From Mobula hypostoma (taxonomy: Eukaryota), in NCBI RefSeq assembly GCF_963921235.1, contig NC_086108.1:30196001-30260000 (forward strand): DNA of 64,000 nucleotides, given 5' to 3'. Numbering within the stretch: the stretch's first letter is position 1; each line of letters opens with the position of its first letter. Positions 24,919 to 35,848 of this stretch are shown here, piece after piece. The translations under genes and the position numbers were made by a program. The notes under the pieces are model-generated. The model worked only from the letters and a program-made list of their open reading frames with translations. It was not told where the DNA came from and did no database searches.

Positions 24919-25247
24919 AGGCTGATTTATACTAGCTTACCCAAGTGGGCTACGCTAGTTGGCGGTGGGGTTTCTATGCCACTGTGTTGAGTTTCAGACG
25001 CTATTGTTTGAAGTTTGAGTTTCTTCGTGTTGATACAAAGAAACTCAACATAGTGGCATTGAAACCCCAGCGCCAAATAGCGTTTTGGCGGTGAATTATA
25101 CAACGACACAGACACACCACCGCACAAGTATGAATGCTCACAACGCGCGTAGGTTACAGCGTCCAGTTAATGCGTAATAAACCAGGCGTAATGCTCATCA
25201 CGGCGTAGATCACTTGCGTAAACTAGTACGCACGTATAAATCAGGCA
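24919..25247. mobile_element. Harbinger/PIF-like fold-back MITE
   Basis: Termini aggctgatttatac and gtataaatcaggca, preceded by TTA. Internal 43-bp inverted repeat (24953-24995 vs 25040-25082). Confidence 0.65.
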
Positions 25248-25695
25248 ATAAAACACGTTCCCATCTTCCACTTGGCCGATAGGTGCAGACTGCCCTCCTC
25301 ATGCCCAACCCCCTTATTATCAGCCTCCTGTTTGACTAGTTTCGATTTTTCCACTTTTGATCCGCCACTCCCGCTTGAGCACCAACATTTCGCTCCAACA
25401 AAACGACGATCACTCTTTGCAAAATGTAATGTTATTTTAAATTGGTCGTCTAATAAAACTGAGCATTTTAATATGGTATATTCGAAACGCGTATTTTAGT
25501 TGATATTCAGGACAACGCCATCATGAAACCTGGACAGCAGGCGACCGCTCACATCAGAACACAGGAATATAAAGCAAACAGAATGTTGCCTGCGCGATTT
25601 TGATTATCAAAATGAAATATGCACATTGCTACAACGCGCACTGCGTTTTATACGTCTGAAATTACAAGCACGATTAAATAATATTAGTAACTTAC

Positions 25696-25784
25696 GAGTC
25701 TCCCAGCCAGTCATGAAATTTTATCGTGCCTTCGGTAGTACTTGCTTCAAAATTCGGGAACGTATCGCCCAAATTGATTCCCAT
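25696..25784 (-). CDS. PRDX6: Peroxiredoxin-6 coding exon 1 (MGINLGDTFPNFEASTTEGTIKFHDWLGD-S)
   Basis: My translation of the reverse strand matches the 1-Cys peroxiredoxin N-terminus. 89 nt, ending in phase 2 (TC|gtaagt donor at 25695). Not in the ORF track because it is short. Confidence 0.96.
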
Positions 25785-26034
25785 CGTTGTTTATTGGAAC
25801 GACTTCCCCCTCGACTTCGGCAACGAAAAACGGAAAGCAGTGAAACAGGAGGCAGATAATAAGGAGGTGGGGTATGAAGAAGTCTGCATTTATAGGCCAA
25901 GTGGGAAATGGGAACGTGTTTTACTGCCTGATTGACATGGCCTGTGATCTGTTTCTACACTCCCATTCAGCTCGGCACGAATCAGTTACACGGTGCTTGG
26001 GCATGTTATAAAGCACAAGTTGACTGGGAGAGTG
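25785..26034 (-). promoter_or_regulatory. PRDX6: PRDX6 5' UTR and core promoter with TATA box (TATAAAT at 25894-25888)
   Basis: The minus strand reads cctataaatgcag, followed about 25-35 nt later by a pyrimidine-rich initiator-like stretch. CpG is locally enriched from about 24950 to 26050. Confidence 0.6.
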
Positions 26035-28378
26035 TCAGAATCGGAATCAGGTTTATTATCACCGGCCTTTGTCGTGAAATTTGTTAACTTAGCAGCAGTT
26101 CAATGCAATACATAATATAGAAGAAAATAAATAAATTACAGTATATGTAATTTATACTGTAAGTTACTCCAGGCTGCTCCACGAGGCGAGGGAAGAGATT
26201 GCTGAGCCTCTGGCTAGGATCTTTATGTCCTCGTTGTCCACGGGAATGGTACCGGAGGATTGGAGGGAGGCGAATGTTGTCCCCTTGTTCAAAAAAGGTA
26301 GTAGGGATAGTCCAGGTAATTATAGACCAGTGAGCCTTACATCTGTGGTGGGAAAGCTGTTGGAAAAGATTCTTAGAGATAGGATCTATGGGCATTTAGA
26401 GAATCACGGTCTGATCAGGGACAGTCAGCATGGCTTTGTGAAGAACAGATTGTGTCCAACAAGCCTGATAGAGCTCTTTGAGGATGTGACCAGGCCTATA
26501 GATGAGGGTAGTGCAGTGGATGTGATCCACATTTTAGTAAGGCATTTGACAAGGTTCCACATGGTAGGCTTATTCAGAAAGTCAGAAGGCATGGGATCCA
26601 GGGAAGTTTGGCCAGGTGGATTCAGAATTGGCTTGCCTGCAGAAGGCAGAGGTTCGTGGTGGAGGGAGTACGTTCAGATTGGAGGGTTGTGACTAGTGGT
26701 GTCCCACAAGGATCTGTTCTGGGACCTCTACTCTTCGTGACTTTTATTAATGACCTGGATGTTGGGGTAGAAGGGTGGGTTGGCGAGTTTGCAGACGACA
26801 CAAAGGTTGGTGGTGTTGTAGATAGTATAGAGGATTGTCGAAGATTGCAGAAAGACATTGATAGGATGCAGAAATGGGCTGAGAAGTGGCAGATGGAGTT
26901 CAACCCGGAGAAGTATGAGGTTTGGAAGGACAAACTCCAAGGCAGAGTACAAAGCAAATGACAGGATACTTGGTAGTGTGGAGGAGCAGAGGGATCTGGG
27001 GGTACATGTCCACAGATCCCTGAAAGTTGCCTCACAGGTAGATACGGTAGTTAAGAAAGCTTATGGGATGTTAGCTTTCATAAGTCGAGGGACAGAGTTT
27101 AAGAGTCACGATGTAATGATGCAGCTCTATAAAACTCTGGTTAGGCCACACTTGGAATACTGTGTCCAGTTCTGGTCGCCTCACTATAGGAAGGATGTAG
27201 AAGCATTGGAAGGGTACAGAGGATATTTACCAGGATGCTGCCTGGTTTAGAGAGTATGCATTATGATCAGAGATTAAGGGAGCTAGGGCTTTACTCTTTG
27301 GAGAGAAGGACGATGAGAGGAGACATGATAGAGGTGTACAAGATATTAAGAGGAATAGATCGAGTGGATAGCCAGCGCCTCTTTCCCAGGGCACCATTTC
27401 TCAATACAAGAGGACATGGCTTTAAGATAAGGGGTGGGAAGTTCAAGGGGGATATTAGAAGAAGGTTTTTTACTCAGAGAGTGGTTGGTGCGTGGAATGC
27501 ACTGCCTGAGTCAGTGGTGGAGGCAGATACACAAGTGAAGTTTAAGAGACTACTAGACAGCTATATGGAGGAATTTCAGGTGGGGGGTTATATGGGAGTC
27601 AGGGTTTGAGGATCAGCACAACATTGTGGGCTGAAGGGCCCCTGTAATTTACTGTACTATTATATGTTCTATATTGAATAGATTAAAATCATGCAAAAAC
27701 AGAAATAATATATATTTTAAAAAGTGAGGTAGTGTTCATGGGCGCAATGTCCAGTTAGGAATCGGATAGCAGAGGGGAAGAAGCTGTTCCTGAATCGCTG
27801 AGTGTGTGCCTTTAGGCTTCAGTACCTCCTACCTGATGGTAACAGTGAGAAAAGGGCATGCCCTGGGTGCTGGAGGTCCTTAATAATGTACACTGCCTTT
27901 CTGAGACATTGCTCCCTGAAGGTGTCTTGGGTACTTTGTAGGTTAGTACCCAAGACGGTGCCGACTAAATTCATGACCCTCTGCAGCTTCTGTCCGTCCT
28001 ATGCAGTAGCCCCCCCCTCCCCCGCCCGTACCAGGCAGTGATGCAGCCTGTCAGAATGCTCTCCACGGCACATCTATAGAAGTTTTTGAGTGTTTTTTTT
28101 TAACATACCAAATCTTTTCAAACTCCTAATGGGTTCTAGATGTTGTCTTGCCTTCTTTATAACTACATCCATATGTTGGGATCAGGTTAGGTCCTCGGAG
28201 ATCCTGACTCCCAGTAACTTGAAACTGCTCACTCTCTCCACTTCTGATCCTTATATGAGGATTGTTATGTGGTCCTTCGTCTTACCCTTCCTGAAGTCCA
28301 CAATCAGCTCTTTCGTCTTACTGATGTTGAGTGCAAGATTGTTGCTGCGATACCACTCCACTAGTCGATATATCTTGT
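26035..28378 (-). mobile_element. Rex1/Babar-like LINE split by a CR1 insertion
   Basis: The 3' tail (26035-26160) and body (27670-28378; KTKELIVDF, VERVSSFKLLG, LLPSGRRY on the minus strand) join across the CR1. Confidence 0.8.
26162..27672 (+). mobile_element. 5'-truncated CR1 (RT region, frameshifted)
   Basis: ORFs 26225-26692, 26608-26961, 26858-27250 and 27235-27609 are consecutive CR1 RT segments. Same subfamily as 59940-60890. Confidence 0.95.
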
Positions 28379-28389
28379 CACAAAGACTA

Positions 28390-28530
28390 TAAAGTCTGCA
28401 GATGCTGGAAATCCAAGCAACACACACAAAATGCTGGAGGAACTCAGCAGGTCAGGCAGCACCTCTGCAAATGAGTAAACAGTTGATGCTTCATGCCGAA
28501 ACCTTTCATCAGGCCTGGAAGAGAGTGGGC
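28390..28530 (-). mobile_element. Penelope pLTR fragment with a degenerate hammerhead (28480-28517)
   Basis: aaatgctggaggaactcagcagg pLTR motif. Minus strand reads CTGATGAaaggtttcggcatGAAGcatc. Confidence 0.7.
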
Positions 28531-29212
28531 AGTTGTTTGCAATTCACCTGGCGAGGGCATCAGTCATTGAGCTGTTGGTCTGCATACCAGTGAGTGTTCA
28601 AAATGGCAGGAATAGAATTTTTGATATGTGCCATTATCAGCCATTCAAAACACCTCAAGGTGATCACCGGCAGTACCAGGGGCCGATAGCCGTTAGTTCT
28701 GAAGGTGTAGAGTTCTTTGGTACAGGGATGATGGTGGCTGATTTGAAGCATGTAGGGACAGCAGCCCGAGTGAGTGTTGAAGATGTCCTTGAAGATATCA
28801 AAGAGGTGATGTGCTCACTCCCTGCGTACTCAGCCTGGGATGTTGTTTGGCCCGGCCACCTTATGTGGGTTGATTCTCTGCAGAGTCCTTCTCACAGACA
28901 GTGGCTGTTAATCTGGGAGAGGTATTTCCCTCAGCTTTTGTGGCTGGCATTTTACTGCATGCCTCAAAACGTGCATAAAATTTGTTTCACCATTTGGAAA
29001 GTTTTGCTTTGAATAATGACAGGAAAAATAAAATGAAATAAATTTTGCTTTTAATCAGTTATCCAGCACTGGTGCCCCAGTGCTAGTTAAAACAGGAAAT
29101 TCTATAAATGTGTAGAGGATCAGGCAACATTTGCAGAGAAAACATAGTTCAATGTTTCAGTTCAAAGGCCCCTCGTTAGAACAAATATAATATGGAAAAC
29201 ATTAAATTAAAT

Positions 29213-32200
29213 CATATAACCATATAACAATTACAGCACAGAAACAGGCCATCTCGGCCCTTCTAGTCCGTGCCGAATTCTTACTCTCACCTAGTCCCAC
29301 TGACCTGCACTCAGCCCATAACCCTCCATTCCTTTCATGTCCATATAGATGTCCAATTTAACTTTAAATGACAACATCGAACCTGCCTCAACCACTTCTG
29401 CTGGAAGCTCGTTCCACACAGCTACCAATCTCTGAGTAAAGAAGTTCCCCCTCATGTTACCCCTAAACTTTTGCTCTTTAACTCTCAACTCATGTCCTCT
29501 TGTTTGAATCTCCCCTACTCTCAATAGAAAAAGCCTATCCACGTCAACTCTATCTATCCCCCTCATAATTTTAAATACCTCTATCAAGTCCCTCCTCAAC
29601 CTTCTCTGCTCCAAAGAATAAAGACCCAACTTGTTCAACCTTTCTCTGTAACTTAGGTGATGAAACCCAGGTAACATTCTAGTAAATCTTCTCTGTACTC
29701 TCTCTATTTTGTTGACATCCTTCCTATAATTCGGTGACCAAAACTGTACACAATACTCCAAATTTGGCCTTACCAATGCCTTGTACAATTTCAACATTAC
29801 ATCCCAACTCCTATACTCAATGCTCTGATTTATAAAGGTCAGCATACCAAAAGCTTTCTTCACCTCCCTATCCACATGAGATTCCACTTTCAGGGAACTA
29901 TGCACCATTATTCCTAGATCCCTCTGTTCTACTGCATTCTTCAATGCCCTACCATTTATCATGTATGTCCTATTTTGATTAGTCCTACCAAAATGTAGCA
30001 CCTCACATTTATCAGCATTAAACTCCATCTGTCATCTTTCAGCCCCCTCTTCTAATTGGCCTAAATCTCTCTGCAAGCTTTGAAAACCTACTTCATTATC
30101 CACAACTCCACCTATCTTAGTATCATCTGCATACTTACTCATCCAATTTACCACCCCTTCATCCAGATCATTAATGTAAATGACAAATAACATTGGACCC
30201 AGTACAGATCCCTGAGGCACACCACTAGTCACTGGCCTCCAATCTGACAAAAGGTTATCCACCACCACTCTCTGGTGTCCCCCATCCAGCCACTGCTGAA
30301 TCCATTTTACTTCTTCAATATTAATACCTAATGATTGAACCTTCCTAACCAACCTTCCGTGTGGGATCTTGTCAAAGGCCTTACTAAAGTCCATATAGAC
30401 AACATCCCCCGCTTTACCCCTCGTCAACTTTCCTAGTAACCTCTTCAAAAAATTCAATAAGATTTGTCAAACATGACCTTCCACGCACAAATCCATGTTG
30501 ATTGTTCCTAATCAGACCCTGTCTATCCAGATAATTATATATACCATCTCTAAGAATACTTCCCATCAATTTACCCACCACTGATGTCAAACTCACAGGC
30601 CGATAATTGCTAGGTTTACTCTTAGAACCCTTTTTAAACAATGGAACAACATGAGCATTACGCCGGTCTTCCGACACCATCCCCATTTCTAATGACATTT
30701 GAAATATTTCTGTCAGAGCCCCTGCTATTTCAACACTAACTTCCCTCAAGATCCTAGGGAATATCCTGGGAGGACCTGGAGTCTTATCCACTTTTATATT
30801 CCTTGAAAGCTCCAGTACTTCCTCTTCTTTAATCATCATAGTTTCCATAACCACCCTACTTGTTTCCCTTGCCTTTCACATTTCACTATCCTTCTCCTTA
30901 GTGAATACCAAAGAAAAAAAATTGATCAAAATCTCCCCCATCTCTTTTGGCTCCGCACATGGCCGTCCACTCCTTTCAACCTAACAGGAACATAAAGATT
31001 CTGTACTCTCAAAATTTCACCTTTAAATGACCTCCATTTCTCAATTACATTCTTCCCATAAAACAAATTGTCCCAAACTACTCCTTCTAAATCCTTTCAC
31101 ATCTCCTCAAAGTTAGCCTTTCTCCAATCAAAAATCTCAGCCCTGTGTCCAGACCTATCCTTCTCCATAATTATACTGAAACTAATGGCATTGTGATCAC
31201 TGGACCCGAAGTGCTCCCTAACACAAACCTCCATCACCTGACCTATCTCATTCCCTAACAGGAGATCCAACACTGCCCCTTCTCTAGTTGGTACCTCTAT
31301 GTATTGCTGCAAAAAACTATCCTGCACACATTTTACAAACTCCAAACCATCCAGCCCTTTTACAGTATGGGCTTCCCAGTCTATGTGTGGAAAATTAAAA
31401 TCTCCCACAATCACAACCTTGTGCTTCCTACAAATATCTGCTATCTCCTTACAAATTTGCTCCTCCAACTCTCGCTCCCCATTTGGTGGTCTATAATACA
31501 AACACCCCCGTAAGTGTTACTACCCCTTTTCTATTCCTCAATTCCACCCAAATAGCCTCCCTAGACGAGCCCTCTAATCTATCCTGCCAGAGCATCGCTG
31601 TAATATTTTCTCTGACAAGCAATGCAACACCTCCTCCTCTTGTCCCTCCGATTCTATCACACCTGAAGCAATGAAATCCAGAAATATTTAGTTGCCAATC
31701 ACACCCCTCTTGTAACTATGTTTCACTAATAGCTACCACATCGTACTTCCAGGTATCAATCCATGCTCTAAGCTCATCCACCTTTCTTATAATGCTCCTA
31801 GCATTAAAATAAATGCATTTCAGAAATTTTCCACCTCTTACTCTCTGTTTATCACTAAAGGTGCAAACAACTTTACTATTTTCTTTTTCTTCCTTCTTTC
31901 CTACATCTGTTCCTACACTCTGGTTCCCCTCCCCCCCTTGTATCTAGTTTAAACCCACCGGAGCCTCTCTAGCAAACCGAGCTGCAAGGATATTTGTCCC
32001 CCTGCAGTTCAGATGTAAACCGTTCCTCTGGAACAGGTCCAACCTTCCCTGGAAAACTGCACAATTATCTATAAATCTGAAGCCCTCCCTCCTGCACCAT
32101 GTCTTCAGCCACGTGTTGATCTACGCTATCTTACTATTTCTAAACCCGCCTGCTCATGGCACTGGTAGCAATTCTGAGATTGCCATCCTGGAAGTCCTGT

Positions 32201-33240
32201 CCTTTAACTTGGCGCCTAACTCCCTAAACTCACCTTTCAGGACTTCCTCACTGTTCCTACCGACGTCATTGGTCCCTACATGGACCACGACATCCGGCTG
32301 CTCACCCTCCCTCTTGAGAATACTGAGAACATGATCCGAGATATCGTGGACCTTGGCACCAGGGAGGCAACAGACCATCCGGGATTCTCGATCTCTTCCA
32401 CAGAAGCGCTTATCTGTCCCCCTAAGAATCAAATCCCCTATGCTGCTTTCCTCTTTTCCTTCCTTCCCTTCTGAGTTGAGGGTCCCATCTCCGTGCCAGA
32501 TACGCAACCACTGCAACTTGTCCCTGGTTGGTCATCTCCATCAACAGAATCCAAAACGATGTACTTATTATTGGTGGGAATGGCCACAGGGGGGAATGGC
32601 CACAGGGGTGCTCTGCTCATTCTGTCAATTCCCCTTCCCTTTCCTGACAGTCACCCAGCTACCTGTCTCCTGACTCTTAGGGGTGACTATCTCCCTGTAA
32701 CTCCTGCTCATTTCTGCCTCTGCCTCCCGAATGATCCGAAGTTCATCCAGCTCCAGCTCCAATTCCCTAACTCGGTTTGTCAGGAGCTGCAGCTGGATGC
32801 ACCTTTTACAGGTGTAGTCGTCAGGGATGATTGTGCTCAACTTGACTTCCCACATTCTGCAAACGGAGCACTCAACTGCCCTAACTGCTGCCTCCATTAC
32901 CTACTTTTAAGGTAATTAGATTTATTAAAAGAACTTACCCGGCCTTACCTCACTTGGAGTGAACTCGTCCTCAGCCTCTGCTCGCCGAAGCCACTCGAGC
33001 CAAAGCCTTCCTACTCTGTCTCCCTCTACTCTGTCGCCCGCTCTGTTAATCTGCTCTCTTTTAAGTACTCCTGCTGCCTCACGGTTCGACTTACACGCGC
33101 TTGCGCAGTCGTACCCCATTCAACCGCCGAAGAAATGAACGACTTCCACACACTTCTCTTTTTTAAACACACTCCCGCTGCCTCACGGTCCGACTTACAC
33201 GTGCTTGCGCAGTCCTGCCCCGTTCAACTGCCAAAGAAAT
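29213..33240 (-). mobile_element. Near full-length CR1 LINE: 5' UTR with tandem monomers, ORF1 (zinc finger/leucine zipper plus SGNH esterase), ORF2 (APE plus RT), 3' tail; inactivated
   Basis: ORF1 pieces 32625-32897 (CSVC..CKRC..LELELDEL) and 32154-32516 (CLPGAKV..VHVGTND). APE 31097-31501. RT 29291-30854 in three frames. About 280 bp is deleted near 30970 relative to the sister copy. (gttatatg)n tail. Confidence 0.95.
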
Positions 33241-33413
33241 CATTAAGTCATTCACTGTGTTTCTCTCAGCATTGATGGTGCGTGACCAACTGAGTAATAT
33301 ACACATTTATTTTTCTGTTTCAGACTTCCTGCAGCAGCTGAATTTTGCTTTCAAAAACTGTTTGCTCTTACTGTAATCACTGATGAATGTTCACTAGTGC
33401 TGTCTGTGAGCTA

Positions 33414-34952
33414 CAGTGCTATAAAAAGTATTCACAGCCCTGTTTTCATGTTTTATTGTTTTACAACGTTGAATCACAGTGGATTTAATTTGGCTTTTGT
33501 GATACTGATCAACAAAAAGAAGACTCTTTCATGTCAAACTGAAAACAAATCTCTACAAAGTGATCTAAATTAATTACAAATATAAAACACGAAATAATTG
33601 ATCGCATAAGTTTTCACCTCCTTTAACATGGCACACCAAATCATCAATGGTGCAGCCAATTGGTTTTTGAAGATACGTAATTAGTTAAATGGAGATCTGT
33701 TTTTGGACACTTGTGTGCAGTCAAGTATTTCAATTGATTGTAGTAAAAATACACTTGTATCTGGAAGGTCCAGCTGCTGGTGAGTCAGTATCCTGGCAAA
33801 AACTACACCATGAAGACTAAAGAACACTCAAAGCAACTCTGGAAAAAAAGTTTTTGGAAATCATAAGTCAGGAGATGGATAGGAGAAAATTTAAGTCACT
33901 GAATATCCCCTGGAGTACAGTTAAGTCAATCATCATGAAATGGAAAGAATATGGCACAGCTGTAAATCTGCCTAGCGCAGGCCATCCTCAGAAATTGAAT
34001 GACTGTGCAAGAAGGGCACTAGTGAGAGTGGCTACCAAGAGACCTGTGACAACTAGAGTTACAAGTTTCAGTGGCTGAGATGGGAGAGAATATGTGCAAA
34101 CAACAACTGTTGCCCGAGTGCTTCACCAGTCACAGATTTATGGGAGAGTGGCAGAGAGGAAGCCACTGTTGAAAACAACTGACATGAAATCTCGGCTGGA
34201 GTTTGCCAGAAGGCACGTGGGAGACTCAGAAGACAGCTGGAAGATGATCCTATGGTCTGATGAAACTAAAATTGAGCTTTTTGGCCATCAGACTCAACAC
34301 TATGTGTGGTGTAAGCCGAACACCGCACATCATCAAAAACACACCATCCCTACCATGAAGCATGATGGTGGCTGCATCATACCATAGGGATGCTTCACTG
34401 CAGCAGGCCCTGGAAGGCTTGTGAAGGTAGAGGGTGAAATGAATGCTGCAAAATACAGGGAAATCCTGGAGGAAAACCTGACGCAGTCTCCCAAAGATAT
34501 GAAACATGGGAAAAGATTTGTTTTCCAGCAAGACGATGACCCCAAGCATAAAGCCAAAGCAACACAGGAATGGATTAAAACAACAAAGTTACTGTCTTGG
34601 AGTGGCTTCAGCAGTTTTGTAAAGAAGAATGGGGAAAAATTGCAGTGTCCAGATGTGCAAAGCTGATAGAGATCTATCCACACAGATTCAAGGCTGTAAT
34701 TGCTACCAAAGGCGCATCTGCTAAATGCTAAATTGAAGGGGGTGAATACTTATCCAATCGATTATTTTGTGTTTTGTATTTGTAACTAATTTAGATCACT
34801 TTGTTTGAGATCTGTTTTCACTTTCACACAGAAGAGTCTTTTTTCCATTGATCAGTGTCAAAAATGCCAATTTAAATCCATTGTGATTCAATGTTGTAAA
34901 ACAATGAAACGTGAAAACTTCCAAGGGCTGTCAATACATTTTATAGGCACTG
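33414..34952 (+). mobile_element. Tc1/mariner IR/DR-type DNA transposon with a frameshifted transposase (from ATG 33810 to ~34730)
   Basis: TA|CAGTG...CACTG|TA. About 210-bp imperfect TIRs (33414-33626, 34733-34952). Motifs WSDETKIELFG and FQQDDDPKH. Confidence 0.95.
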
Positions 34953-35399
34953 TATGTGTGCACAGTGGTTTTAGTTTATGTTACAGCAGATGTGTACATA
35001 TTGCTACAGTTCACACTCACTACAGTGAGGGGCACGTCCTCACCAATACTGGATATATTAGCTCTTCCTCTGGAGAGTGAGTACCCACCGAAACTGAATT
35101 CCCTGGTTACTTTTAAAGACACCTGCCCACCCCAGTACTGATTCCTGAGTTACAGGGAGTAATGTCCATCACCAGTTGCGGTTCCTCTTGCAATTGTTGT
35201 AAGTGTGCAACTGCTAATACTTGTTGTTCTTGTTGTATTGACAGATAAAGTATGTACCCACCAGTCTGGTTTACAGTAACGTTATCTGTTTCTTCACAGA
35301 AGCTGCAGGACGTGGTCAGTATTTCCAGCAGGATCTGTTGTTACCTATAGCTTTTCCTGAGTTTACCGATCTGGCAGCAGCTTCAATGAATAAAGAAGT

Positions 35400-35848
35400 G
35401 AAGGAGTATTATGAGCAGTTTTGGGCCCCTTATTTAAGAAAGGTTGTGCTGACGTTGGAGATTGTTCAAAGGAGGTTCATGAAAATGATTTCAAGAATGA
35501 AAGGCTTATTGTATGAGAAGCGATTGATGGCTCTTTACTCGCTGGAATTAGGAAGACGGAAGGGGATCTCATTGAAATCTATCTAATATCGGTGAAAGGC
35601 CTCGAAAGAATAGATTTGGAGAGGATGTTTCCTATGCTGGGGGAGTCTAAGACCAGAGAGCGCTGCCTCAGAATAGAGACTTGTCCATTTAGAACAGAGA
35701 TGTAGAGAAATTTCTTTACCCAGGTGACTGTGGAGGCCAGGTCATTGAGTGTATTTAAGGTAAGTTCTTGTATGGTCAGGACATGAAAGGTTACAGGGCA
35801 AAGGCAGGAGAATGGGGTTGACAGGGAAATGGATCCGCCATGATCCAA
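35400..35848 (+). mobile_element. Old CR1 3' fragment; its last ~60 bp resume at 40008-40067
   Basis: EQFWAPYLRK..VQRRF fragment. The tail gccatgat|..gatgaaatgg..cctaattctgctcctatgtctta is split by later insertions. Confidence 0.75.

Noticed and set aside
32576..32608. Tandem duplication ggaatggccacagggg in CR1 ORF1
   Set aside because: A local slippage duplication in a dead element, with no sign of function.
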